Source: Squalus acanthias (lineage: Eukaryota). From it: 64,000 nt of DNA. Of the stretch, positions 1 to 11,910 are shown in pieces. Both the position numbers and the translations under genes were made by a program. Location: the NCBI GenBank assembly GCA_030390025.1, contig CM059433.1:23500001-23564000 (forward strand). The letters are read 5' to 3'. How positions within the stretch are numbered: the stretch's first letter is position 1; the number at the start of each line of letters is the position of its first letter. The notes below the pieces were generated by a model. The model made no database searches. It worked only from the letters and a program-made list of their open reading frames with translations, and was not told the origin of the DNA.

Positions 1-297
1 TGATTTTTCGACCATTTCGGCGTGTTCCACGACCCTTCTAAACCACGCCAGCTAAACCTGGCAGGTTGACAAGTGGGTGATCTCCTCAGAGCTGCAGGTC
101 CAACAATAAATCGTTTATTTCATCAGGGATTAGTTGCAGGTGGCAGATCTTTCCATTAAAAGGTGTTTGAGCACTTTTCGAAGGCCTTCCGAAGTCAGAG
201 GTGCTGCAGCTTGAAGTTATCAACTGTGGGACCTCCTTGGAAGACCCTCTCCCCGTTTGTTATGAGCGCTTCCCCAACGGAGGCATCTGCAAGCAGC

Positions 298-1557
298 ATG
301 GGAACCATTCGATTTCTGTCACCATGGACCTCAGATGAGGATGAGGAGTATCCACGGCTGCAGCAGAACCAGGCAGCTCAGGAGCAACAGCAGCAGGAGC
401 CCCAACCTCCTGCTCAGGCAGCTCAGCAGCAACAGCACAGGGCAGAAGGCGCCAGCGCATCGAGGCACCTCGCCGCAGGAGATACCCCCGACAGAGGGTT
501 TACAGACAGAGGATGAGCTACCTCAACATGAGTGAGCAGCAGTGCCAAAGGAGGCTGAGACTTTCGCGAGAGGTTGTCCGAGAGATCTGCGGACTGCTGC
601 AGAATGACCTGGCGCCCAGAAGAACGGGTGGACACCCCTTACCAGTGGCTGTCAAAGTCACCACTGCACTCAACTTCTTTGCCTCAGGTTCCTTCCAGGG
701 ATCATCAGCAGACATCAGCGGCATCTCCCAGTCGGCCGCCCACAGTTGCATCACGCAGGTTACCGATGCCCTTTTTGCTAAGGCCCACAATTACATCCAC
801 TTCTCAAGGGATCAAGCAAGTATAACCGCCCGTGCGATTGGCTTTGCAAATATGGCAGGCATGCCAATGGTGCATGGCGTCATAGACTGCACACATGTGG
901 CCCTTAGGGCACTCCATCACAACCCAGCTATCTTTGTCAACCGAAAGGGCTTCCACTCCCTCAACGTACAGCTGGTGTGTAACCACAAGAAGGAGTTCTT
1001 GCATGTTTGCGCCAAGTTCTGTGGTAGCTGCCATGACTCTTTCATCCTGCGGCACTCTAGTGTTCCTCCGCTTTTCAATCCGCCAAACCAACTTAACGGA
1101 TGGCTCCTTGTCTCCCCTGCCCCTGAAGAAGTGGCTAATGACGCCGATCAGGAGGCCAGCTAACGAGGCTGAAGAGCGCTACAACGCCAGGCACACTTCG
1201 ACCAGGTCCATCATCGAGCAAACCATTGGGTTATTGAAGATGCACTTCCGTTGCCTTGACCGATCAGGTGGAGCCCTGCAGTATACACCATACAGGGTCT
1301 CCAGAATGGTCGTGGTCTGCTGTGCACTGCACAACATCGCACAGCGTCGTGGCTTACAGCTTCCTGAGGAGCAAGTGGCTCAGTTCCAGCCTCCTCAGAT
1401 GATGATGAGGATGAGGAGGAGGAGGAGGCTGAGGAGGAGGAGGATCTGGAGGAGGTGGAGGAGGTGGAGGAGGAGGAGGAGAGGAGGAGGAGGAGGAGGA
1501 GGAGGAGGAGGAGGTCAGAGCGCCGGTGTATCGACCAGCGGCAGTGGCAGCACATGA
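298..1557 (+). pseudogene. Harbinger DDE transposase (HARBI1-like), frameshifted
   Basis: Motifs [66 protein letters not shown] spread over ORFs 163-516, 513-1163 and 895-1557; GDKGYP motif lost near 1110. Confidence 0.9.
1398..1514 (+). repeat. (GAG)n/(GAT)n purine trinucleotide tract in the acidic transposase tail
   Basis: Seen directly; longer than the homologous tract in copy B (~14670-14730). Confidence 0.9.
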
Positions 1558-2070
1558 GCACATGGCTGCCCGGGATGCAAGGGATGAACTTATCCTGGCC
1601 AGATTTGCATAGGTTGCCCAAGTTGGCACATGTCCTTGGCTCCATCCTAAGACATCATTGACAATGGACATAACTCTCTGGCCTCCTTTCACTGGGGCCA
1701 CCAACCTGACAATGCAAGTGTGATGGAGCCCGCACTGTGGAGTTGCCTAAGGCGAAAGAACAGATGCCATAATGCCAGTATTTTGGCATCAAACCATTTT
1801 AATGCTTTCCAAAAGGGATGGCATTTCATCAAATCCTGGGGAATGATCCAAGGCAGCAAGATGCCATAAAATCAGACTGAAAAAGTGCTGTCAGCAGAGT
1901 CGGGTTTCAGTCCCAAAATACTAATTGCGCAAGGGCAACCCACACTTATGAAATCAAGTTGTCAGTTATGGGAAAATCTCAATTTTTTGAAAACTCTCAG
2001 TGGAGGCAGGTTTCAAACCCACCCAAACCGAAACCCACCTCCATCTCGCCTCCAGTGGGAAAATCACCCC

Positions 2071-3728
2071 ACAAGTGAGTCTCCCAGGTGTCGGGTCTGT
2101 CTGCGCAAGTGGCAGGGGAGACAATTTAGATCATTAACTAGCTTGTTAACAGCCAATTTAATGCTATTTTGAGTCTACCTTGTAATTTTATGTGCTCCCC
2201 CATGGGTTACCCACTGCTCGGGGAACACGCCAGCTCACCCTGGCGTGAGTTGAGTCTGCTTTGAGTTATCTGATAAGCTGACAGCTGCAGAAGTGATATA
2301 AAGGATGCCATGTTGCAGCTGTTCAGTTTCAGAGATCAGAAACTGTTGGTTACTGCATTTGTAAGACATAGAGATGTCTTTAGCTTGCAAGTGTTTAGAG
2401 CCAACTCTATATCCAGTGGCACCTCATTGGAACAACCTCTCTCACCATTGACAGATCGCTTCTGTCATCTCAACTGCAGCTGCCATCTATTCCAGCAACA
2501 TCGTTGCCCTTGAAAAAAAATCACACCTTGGTCCTCTGAATCCTTCCACGATCAGCCCCAACACCAACATCACCAACAACATCACCAACAACATCAACCT
2601 TCTCCGCCATCTCCTGATGCTGCACAGGACACAGGGTATCAGCACCTGACAACATTGTTGCCCAGGAGGCCAGCAATGGCATCACCATGGCCAGATTTAC
2701 TTCACTGGACGCTGTAAACCCTGGTTGCCACATGATGTGCCAGGTTGACACCATCTCACACCAGCACCATAAAGCATCCCTATAATGTCCAAGCCATTCC
2801 TTTCACACTCATCACAATAGCAGGGAGACGGGAGTTATGTCTCAACATTCACTGCAACTCACTAAGACACTTCTCAAGGTGAGCACAGATCTGTCCAATA
2901 AGGTGAAGTATTGAAAATATAGATTTCAATGTTTGACAACACATTAACAGAAACTTCACATGAACATTAGCTAAACCTCTCAAGTGCCTACTCTTGTGTG
3001 TTGTTAGTTGGTATACTTGCAGTAGGATGAGGGTGAGTGTGAGGGGTGGCTAGTGAGATGGGGAAGTGATAATGTAGATAGAGAGGGATGGGTGGAGGTG
3101 CAAGGTAAGTTGGTGTGAGTAAGGATGTGCAGGAGTTGGGTAGGGAAGGCAGAGTGATGGGGATGTGATGAGTGGCACAGCAGGGTGAGTTTGAGTGTGG
3201 CTTGGCAGTAACATTTTGTGATCCACTGAGATCTTTGAAAGGTTGGCACCACTGCAGCCAGGGACACCTGACGACATCCCTACTTGTATCCTCCTGTGCA
3301 ATGTGCAACCAGACAGCATTGATCTCCTGGGGAGGTCTCTTCCACCCATGGGAAGGGAAGAGAATCTCCCTGCATGCTGTGACTCCTTCCATAAGCATAT
3401 GGAGGGAGTCATGCGAGAGCCTGGGTGCATACCTTTGTGAAGTGCTTGTCACTGTTTGCAGCTCCTCAATGCTGCAGAACACTGACAGCACAACTGTCAA
3501 AATCAATGTGGCCGTGGTCCCTTTAAGGAAACCGGCTGAAGACACGTCATCAAATGACGTCATCAGACCCGCTTCCTGTTAATTGGCCAGGAACCCTGCG
3601 GGGCGGGCTTAACAAGGCCAATCTACGGAAAATCATTTTCAGAGAGAGGCTGCAGATGGGAGCGGGACCGGAACCCGCCATCCAGCTCTCCCGCTGCCAT
3701 CCCGCCTCCACAGGAAAAATCATGGCCC
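2071..3728 (-). mobile_element. Non-autonomous Harbinger derivative with Myb/SANT-like exon remnant
   Basis: ORF 2988-3563 contains APRLSHDSLHMLMEGV...REILFP...WLHIAQE...WLQW..FKDL; end GAAAAATCATGGCCC; inverted homolog at ~39189-40866. Confidence 0.75.
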
Positions 3729-3729
3729 T

Positions 3730-3800
3730 CAGTCTCTGGATTATTAGTCCAGGCCTCTGGATTACTAGGCCAGTAACATAACCACTATGCTAACGTACCC
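3730..3800 (-). mobile_element. tRNA-derived SINE 5' head fragment
   Basis: Minus strand reads GGGTACGTTAGCATAGTGGTTATGTTACTGG with an A-box-like motif. Confidence 0.55.
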
Positions 3801-4389
3801 TCAATCTAATCATAACTGCAGCTAAGGATCCCTATTAATAGTGATGTAAATGAACACCCACTGACCAGTACTACCCATGGTTGAGGAAGTAGTGAGGGCA
3901 GCATTGATTCACCCCAAAATAGCATTGGGATCCTGACAGCATATCTGAATATTTAAAAAAAGCTGCGCTCCCATTTCCGGTGCTCATCTAAATCTACGGT
4001 CCGCCTGAAAATCGGAATGGTTGGACATGCAGTGGTTAGGCGACGGATTTTTTTCTACAGATTTTCATCCCACTGTGGCTCACATTACAGGTGTAAACAG
4101 GGCGGTAGTGAGGTGAAAATCAGCTCCATTGTTCTTTTGAAGACTGGACCCCTGTCACCTGGGTCCGTGGGTCACTCAGCTGTGGTTGTTTATCTACCCT
4201 GCGTGGAAGAACATTTTTGCCCTCTTCTGCTTCCAGGCCTTCATGCTTACCAGTGCTTGGTGCTTCATCCAGTGCACAATCTTCTGACTTGCATAACTAT
4301 TTCATCTTGTGTGGATATACCTGGGCTGGCGCTGGCACATATGCGATGCCATGACGGAGTTGGTGAGGATGGGCAGTAGTTATGGAACT

Positions 4390-4704
4390 CGACGTGCCTA
4401 GCTGCTCCTCTGATCGGTTCTCTCGTGTGTCCGTAAAAGGTCCCCTGGCACTATTCGAAGAAAAGCCGAGGAATTCGCCTGGTGTCCGGGCCAACATTAA
4501 ACCCCCAACCAACACTACCAAAAACAGATTGTCTGGTCATTTATCTCATTGCTTTTTGTGGGACTTTGCTGTGCTCAAATTGGCTGTAAGCTTGCCTACA
4601 TTACAACAGTGCCTACACTTGAAAAGTACTTAATTGGCTGTGAAGTACTATGGAACATCCTGAGGTCGTGAAAGATGCTATTTAAATGCAAGTTCTTTCT
4701 TTTT
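4390..4704 (+). mobile_element. Deu-domain SINE (SacSINE1/AmnSINE1-like), 3' part
   Basis: Deu core ACAGATTGTCTGGTCATT...TTGCTGTGCTCAAATTGGCTG and L2-like tail CTATTTAAATGCAAGTTCTTTCTTTT; homolog at 18181-18632. Confidence 0.8.
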
Positions 4705-5305
4705 CCTCCAGCTCACTCAAACTCTGAAACCGGTTGGTCCTCCTCCAATTGCATTTCTTTGTCACTGATTCTGTGCAACCTATTCCTTTGCAAGGAAAGA
4801 ACATAGTGAATAAGAAACCTGATTTTCAATTACACTTATCTTCAGCCAGATCTCCGCATCCATCCCATCACTGCAACGCTTGCAGTTTCAGGCTCCCTTT
4901 AAGCAGAACTCCCTTATTGCAGGCAATATGGGCTGGAAATTATTCCTCGTTGTGCCCGTTTTACAGGTGTAACACGGGCACAAAAAGGACTAATTACAGG
5001 GCACAAAGCCCTGTGGCCTAATGACTCCTACAAAACACTGGTCCGAAATTGGATTGACCCATTTTTCAGGCGCCTGGGGAGGTCGCCTAAAACAGGCATT
5101 AGGCCCCTTGCATATGCTAATGATGGGCCTAACGTCTGTTTAAGGACCCTTACGAGAAATTGGACTGCCCTGAGTGAAGCAGGTCTCAGCTTTTCAGGAT
5201 GTAAAGGGTCCTAGGCCAGCGGCAGCCACCACAAAGGTAAGTAAAACATATTTTTAACATTGCTGTGGAGCCAGGAGGAGCAGGAGTGTTCCTCCCAACT
5301 CCACA

Positions 5306-5813
5306 AAAAGAAAATACTGCAGATGCTGGAAATGCAGATGCACCTCATCTTTCGATTAGGCACTTTACAGCACTCTGGACTCAACATAGAGTTCAACAAT
5401 TTCAGATCATAACCTCGGCCCCTATCATATATATATTTTTTATCCACACTTTTTGTTTGTGCCTTTTGTTCTTCTCTCCCACATGGCAGCTGTCTTTCAT
5501 TCTGCCAGCGCAATTCACACTTTATCTAGAGCCATCTTTTGTTTCTTAACCTGTCCCATTACCATCTCCTTTTGCCTTGAATATCTCTTAATGTCTCCAT
5601 AATTCTCCTGCCTTTTATCCTATCACACACTTTCCCTTTTGTTCTTTCATCCCCTCCCCCATTTCCCAGCCCCTAAACTTGCTTTAAAATCTGTTCCATT
5701 TCCTGCTTTTTTCCAGTTCTGATGAAAGGTCATTGACCTGAAACGTTAACTCTGTTTCTCTCTTCACAGATGCTGCCTGACCTGCTGAGTTTCTCCAGCA
5801 TTTTCTGTTTTTA
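5306..5813 (+). mobile_element. Penelope-like retroelement 3' fragment with inverted 5' tail and 14-bp TSD
   Basis: TSD CTCCCAACTCCACA at 5292-5305 and 5814-5827; encodes HLIFRLGTLQHSGLNIEFNNFR (end of a PLE GIY-YIG ORF); begins with an inverted copy of the element tail; hammerhead core at 5719. Confidence 0.85.
5714..5754 (+). ncRNA. Minimal type-I hammerhead ribozyme motif (Penelope pLTR)
   Basis: AGTT-CTGATGA-A-AGGTCA-T-TGACCT-GAAA-CG-TT-AACT: conserved core, stem II, palindromic ACGT instead of stem III, stem I AGTT/AACT. Confidence 0.75.
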
Positions 5814-6785
5814 CTCCCAACTCCACAGTTATCCAGCGACTGCTCCCGGCTATGATTGGCCCCTCTCTTGCATCCTCCCCCGTCCTCCGGGACTTACCTG
5901 CGTGGCAGGTGGCCTGAAATTGCACGCTGTCATTAGGCGAGCTGACTCTGGAGGTGAGCAATTTCTTGCGATCCTCGGGCCTCCATCTTTGGGTGCATAA
6001 TTTGCTCCCTGCGGCCAGTTCGTGCCGGCAGGTTGGCACTATGCAATTCCCACCCCCGATGAGTTTGCACAGTGTTTTGGGGTTAACAAGGTGCAATATG
6101 GGTTCCACAGATTTCTTGTAAATAGCACAGGAGTCGTTTCACCCAGTAAATGACAGACAGAACACAATAGGTAAGGGGGAGAGTCAAGTCTTTATCATTC
6201 TTACAGGATGCCCATGGGAAATAGTGGCTTCAATTACTTTGTTTAACCTTGTGAGGAAATTAAACCTGTTCCTGCACTGTGTGGCAGCTCATGGTGTGGA
6301 GATTGTACTTCTTTAGTATCCTCAGTATGCTTGCATTACCCTCTTCTGGGGCGCCCTGTTCTGAGTTCCCAGGAGTCATTCCCTTCTAGCCCTTACTTAA
6401 AAGAGGAAGCTGCATTAATTTTCTTTTTCTAAATTATTTTTAATTAATAATATTGCCAGCTTTTGTTCTATGCATCCACCATTACAGGAACAAGCTTGTC
6501 TGTACCTAACAAGCAAAACTGCAGTTAGGGAAAGTTTATTCCATTGGTCTGGACACACGTCACAAAAAGATGATCAAATATTGGGCAAAGCTGAACCTCA
6601 TGAAAAGAAATACATTGGAGATGGCTTTCTGGGTTGTGTAGCTATTTAGCTACTTTCAACTTTTGCTGAAAGTGTCGGCATTTATTTTCATTGCTGCCTA
6701 AATGAACTCTTCTGAACCAAATTATTGATTTTGGTTCATCTTGAGCTTTACTTAGGTGTTAATGAACACATGGGAGTATGATATT

Positions 6786-7527
6786 GGCCCAGAAATTGAT
6801 CTCGCTCTGTTCCCGCGGGGGTAAGGAGCAGGCGCGATCTCTCACTCCGCGTTGGCTTTTTCAGATCCAGCTCGCACGAACTTGATGTTCTAGACATCAG
6901 CTGGGCAGTGCTTGCGTATCCCACCGGCGTAGTGAATTCGTGCGAGCTGTGGGATCACGTGACTCAGTTAGAGCCAATGGCAGCACACCATCTTCCATTC
7001 ATAAGTTTCACATACGTGCTGTGAAAGCTATGAATCTTACACACCCCAAAATAACAACTAAACCTCAATTAAATTTTAAAAAAAACCATCACATTAATAA
7101 AATAAGTATAGTTAAATAAATTAACCATTTTAAATAAAAAATTAAATTTTTGAAAAAATTTAAAATCTTTTAAAAAGTTATAAAAATAAACTTACCTGTC
7201 TTTAAAGTCTCTAAAAAAGATATACCTGTTAAAAAAAATTCAAAATAATACTTAATTCACTACTTACCTTGTTAAAAGTGGGTCTTACTCCTCCTTTTTT
7301 CATTTCTAAAATCTTCCATCCTTACCTGCGCGTCCAAAGCACTAAGTGCACAGCGTGCGCGCAGCCTGTAGCGCGCACGCGGTGCACCGAGGAACCGCCC
7401 CCTTTTCCAAAAACCAAGTGCCGGTTTTCAGCGCATGCGCAGTGCATGCAGAAAACCGGCAATTGGTGACAGAATACGCGAGAGTACACAGTGCGTACTC
7501 TCGCGTCGCGGGACTAATTTTTGGGCC
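6786..7527 (-). mobile_element. Harbinger-type MITE (GC-rich ends, AT-rich core)
   Basis: TIR GGCCCAGAAATT / AATTTTTGGGCC; flanks ATT/TTT; splits the CR1 reading frame; inverted homolog at 43686-44448. Confidence 0.85.
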
Positions 7528-7530
7528 TTT

Positions 7531-10263
7531 GTTGCTATCACAGAGACATGGTTGAGGGAGGGGCAGGACTGGCAGCTCAATATTCCGAGGTATAGAATCT
7601 TCAGGCGAGAGAGAGGGGGGTGTAAAAGAGGAGGGGGTGTCGCAATATTAATCAAGGAGTCAATTACTGCTGTAAGGAGGGATGATATCTTAACAGGTTC
7701 CTCTAATGAGGCCATATGGGTAGAACTTAAAAAAAAAAAGGGGGCAAGCACTTCGCTGGGAATGTACTATAGGCCCCCAAACAGTCAGGGGGAGATAGAG
7801 GAACAGATATGTAGGCAAATCTCAGAAGTGTAGAAATAATAGGGTAATAATAGTAGGGGATTTCAACTTCCCCAATATTAACTGGGATAGTCAGAGTGTG
7901 AAAGGCTTAGAGGGGGCGGAATTCTTAAAGTGCATCCAGGAGAGCTTTTTGAGCCAGCATGTAGAAAGTCCAACAAGAGAGGGGGCGGTACTGGACCTAA
8001 TTCAAGGGAATGTAGCCGGGCAAGTGGTAGAAGTGTCAGTAGAAGAGCATTTTGGTGACAGTGACCATAATTCGGTGAGATTTAAGGTAGTCATGGAAAA
8101 GGAAAAAGATGGACCGGAAATAAAGGTTCTAAATTGGGGGAAGGCCAATTTTAATATAATAAGGCAGGATCTGGCCAAAGTGGACTGGGATCAGCTACTT
8201 GTAGGAAAATCCACATCAGAGCAATGGGAGTCTTTCAGAAAGGAAATAGAGAGAGTACAACGCCAACATGTTCCCGTAAAGGTCAAGGGTGGGACCAACA
8301 AACCCAGGGAACCCTGGATGTCAAGGGATATACTATAATGGATTAGGAAAAAAAAGGGAGGCTTTTGGCAGATACAAAGGACTAAAAACAGTGGAAGCCC
8401 TAGAGGAGTATAGAAAGTGCAGGGGGTTACTTAAAAAAGAAATTAGGAGAGTGAAGAGGGGGCATGAAAAAACACTGGCGGGCAAAATAAAGGAAAATCC
8501 CAAGGTATTTTATAAGTATATTAAGGGCAAGAGGATAACCAGGGAAAGAGTAGGGCCCATTAGGGACCAAAGTGGCAATCTGTGTGTAGAGCCGGAAGAT
8601 GTAGGTGAGGTTTTAAATGAATATTTTGCATCTGTGTTCACTATGGAGAAGGACGATGTAGGCATAGAAATCAGGCAGGGGGATTGTGATATACTTGAAC
8701 AAATTAGTATTGAGAGGGAGGAAGTACTAGCGGTTTTAGTGGGCTTAAAAGTGGATAAATCCCCAGGCCCTGACGGGATGTATCCCAGGCTGCTGTGTGA
8801 GGCAAGGGAGGAGATTGCAGGGGCTCTGACACAAATTTTCAGAACCTCTCTGGCCACAGGGGAGGTGCCAGAGGACTGGAGAATGGCTAACGTAGTACCA
8901 TTATTCAAGAAGGGTAGTAGGGATAAACCAGGGAATTACAGGCCAGTGAGCCTAACATCAGTGGTAGGGAAATTATTGGAAAAAATTCTGAGGGACGGAA
9001 TTAGTCTCCACTTGGAGAGGCAAGGATTAATCAAGGATAGTCAGCATGGCTTTGTTAGGGGGAGATCATGTCTGACCAATTTGATTGAATTTTTCGAGGG
9101 GGTGACTAGGTGTGTGGATGAGGCTAGTGCAGTTGATGTAGTCTACATGGACTTCAGTAAGGCTTTTGACAAAGTCCCACATGGGAGACTGGTCAAGAAG
9201 GTAAGAGCCCATGGGATCCAGGGCAATTTGGCACATTGGATCCAAAATTGGCTTAGTGGCAGGAGGCAGAGGGTGATGGTCGAAGGTTGTTTTTGTGACT
9301 GGAAGCCTGTGTCCAGTGGTGTACCGCAGGGATCGGTGCTGGGTCCTTTGCTGTTTGTAGTGTACATTAATGATTTAGATATGAATGTAGGAGATATGAT
9401 CAGTAAGTTCGCAGATGACACAAAAATTGGTGGAGTGGTAAATAGCGAGGAGGGAAGCCTCAGGCTACAGGACGATATAGACAGGATGGTTAGATGGGCA
9501 GAACAGTGGCAAATGGAATTTAACCCTGAAAAGTGTGAGGTGATGCATTTTGGGAGGACTAACAAGGTAAGTGAATACACAATGAATGGTAGGACTCTAG
9601 GAAGGACAGAGGATCAGAGGGACCTTGGTGTGCATGTACATAGATCCCTGAAGGCAGCAGGACAGGTAGATAAGGTGGTTAAAAAGGCATATAGGATACT
9701 TGCCTTCATTAGCCGCGGCATAGAATATAAGAGCAGGGAGGTTATGATGGAGCTGTACAAAATGCTAGTTAGGCCACAGCTGGAATACTGTGTGCAGTTC
9801 TGGTCGTCACACTATAGGAGGGATGTGATTGCATTGGAGAGGGTGCAGAGGAGATTCACCAGGATGTTACCTGAGCTGGAGCGCTTCAGCTATAAAGAGA
9901 GACTGGACAGGCTGGGGTTGTTTTCCTTAGAGCAGAGAAGGCTGACGGGGGGACCTGAATGAGGTGTACAAAATATTGAGGGGCATAGATAGGGTAGATA
10001 GAAAGGAACTTTTCCCCTTCGTAGAGGGGTCAATAACCAGGGGGCATAGTTTCAAGGTAAGGGGCAGGAGGTTTAGAGGGGATTTGAGGAAAAACTTTTT
10101 CACCCAGAGGGTGGTTGGAATCTGGAACTCACTGCCTGAAAGGGTGATAGAGGCAGGAACCCTCACAATATTCAAGAAGCATTTAGATGAGCACTTGAAC
10201 GCCATAGCATACAAGGCTACGGACCAAGTGCTGGAAAATGGGATTAGAATAGAGAGGGCTTGA
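7531..10263 (+). pseudogene. CR1 ORF2 (endonuclease + reverse transcriptase) with a few stops/frameshifts
   Basis: YYRPPN, GDFN, SDH, KSPGPDG, NYRPVSLTS, QHGF, DFSKAFD, GVPQGSVLGP, FADD, WNSLP in ORFs 7435-10263. Confidence 0.95.
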
Positions 10264-10319
10264 TGGCCGTCGCAGACACGATGGGCCGAAGGGCCTCTTT
10301 CTGTGCTGTATAACTCTAT

Positions 10320-11056
10320 GGGGGAAAAATTCAGCTGCTTGCGCCTCCCGTTAGCGCCTTAAGAGGGCGCTAATGGGGCGTAAAGCAGCTAACGCCCTGG
10401 GCGCAGCGCCGCCCACGCCTCCCGAAAAATTTAGTGGGAGGTTAGCGGCGGCGGCAGCCGGTAGCTGCGCCGCTGGCGATGACGTCATCGCCGTGCGCAG
10501 CACCCCGCTCGCGCCCCGGCCGTGATCTTCAGTCGCGCCCCCTGATTTACCGCCAGACGCTATGTCCGACGGGTTCAGGGAGGCGTACGTGCGGCCGGGG
10601 CGGCGATATTTAAAGGGGAGGTGGCAGGCGGCCATTTTTGTTGCTGGCCGCCTGCCAGCACCTGCCCCCGTTGCTGTCCCCGGCCCCCGTGAAGCCCCCC
10701 CACCGTGAAGTGCCGGCTGCGCTCCAAGAGCCCGGCACTTCTCTTGAGTGCCGGGCTCTTTTGCCGGCACTCCCGATCCCTGGGGGCCCAGCTGGGCCCC
10801 GGTTCGCGCTGCGCAGGGTCCCTCCCCTTTAAGAAGGGGAGGAAGGCCTGCAATACCGCGCTGCGGCACGTTGCGCCAGGATATTCACTCGCAGCGCCCC
10901 AAGAGGGATGCGGGGTGCTTCCAGTGGCGCCCCGCTTCCCTCTTGGGGCGCAACCACTGAAGTTCCGGCGCGGGGCCGCTAATTTTTTCGGGGCGCTAAA
11001 AGTCACGCCCCGGCGAGGTTAGCGCCCCAAATGGGGCGCGACCTAATTTCTACCCC
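10320..11056. mobile_element. CpG-rich Harbinger-type MITE inserted in the CR1 tail
   Basis: TIR GGGGGAAAAATT / AATTTCTACCCC; TSD TAT (10317-10319, 11057-11059); ends shared with 37451-38346. Confidence 0.85.
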
Positions 11057-11829
11057 TATGACTCTATTAGACCTGGTGACCCACTTATTAGTATTAATTA
11101 AAAAGGAACGGGGTGCAGAAATGAGGAAAAACAACTTCTGATTGAATAGAAAATTAATGATATTAATATTTTTAGATGCGAAAAGAACATTTTAGTAGGT
11201 TATTTTTACTATTGATTATGTCTGCAGAAAAATTAAATGCTGCTTGAAGTAAAAATTTGGGAAGAGGTTTCAAGCTAAGGATTCTAATCAGGATTCGTTT
11301 CTGATGCGTGCCACAGTTGCCCTCGACGGTGCCCCAACAATCCCAGGAATTTTGATATGCGCTTGCATTTAAGTGGCTTTTTGAGCTAATAATTTGCATA
11401 AGTGAGATTCAGTGAGCCATTTTGCTTCAATTAATGCCAATGAAAAAGAAGTCACTCATTAAAATTGTCAAGTGGGTAATTTCCAGTTATGCAGCTCTTG
11501 AATGGCTGAACAATTGATTAGTAATGATATTTGCATATGTAGATTAAAAAAAAACAAGCTAGACAGTAACTATGCATAATTGTGTGTTTACTGCCAAAAT
11601 ATCTATAGGTAGGTACACCCCACACATCAATCTTTCAGTAGATATGGGATATTAGTGTGCTAATGTTGTACCACTGAGAGGAAGGATGCGGATCCTTCCT
11701 ACTTTGAAGTTCTCCAAGGTCAACTGGGCCACCTGAGAGAAATATGAAGCAAGAATGTTGCATTTCAAAGTTATTTATTGACCTAGGTTCAGTGGGAAGG
11801 AAAGAAAGGTTTCCAGTACACAGTGTCAG

Positions 11830-11910
11830 ATGTAGAAGCCCAGGATGCCCTTGGAATGTTTTGCTACATAAAAGGTGTTATATAAATGCCAGTTGTTGTT
11901 GTTGTTGTTT
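11830..11910 (+). mobile_element. L2/SINE 3' tail fragment
   Basis: TATATAAATGCCAGTT(GTT)n, resembling the L2 end at 24320-24392. Confidence 0.6.

Larger units (their letters stand above)
1..2070 (+). mobile_element. PIF/Harbinger DNA transposon copy A (left end outside window; Myb-side segment deleted)
   Basis: Reverse-complement homolog of 13875-16356; ends in TIR-like GGGAAAATCACCCC; contains HARBI1-like transposase remnants. Confidence 0.9.
4930..6057. mobile_element. Harbinger-type MITE interrupted by a Penelope insertion
   Basis: Termini GGGCTGGAAATT / AATTCCCACCCC; internal similarity to 44986-45477 and ~60805-61250. Confidence 0.65.
6768..10319 (+). mobile_element. CR1 LINE, near full-length ORF2 plus 3' tail, interrupted by a MITE at 6786-7527
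   Basis: TWEYDI|VAITETW joins across the MITE; APE endonuclease and RT motifs; 3' hairpin and (ACTCTATG)-type tail. Confidence 0.95.

Noticed and set aside
513..1557. Domesticated host gene HARBI1
   Set aside because: Frameshifted, multi-copy and bounded by TIRs; the homologous copy has a TSD, so it is a transposon
10351..11022. Overlapping ORFs in the GC-rich segment
   Set aside because: Stop-poor GC-rich MITE; no recognisable protein
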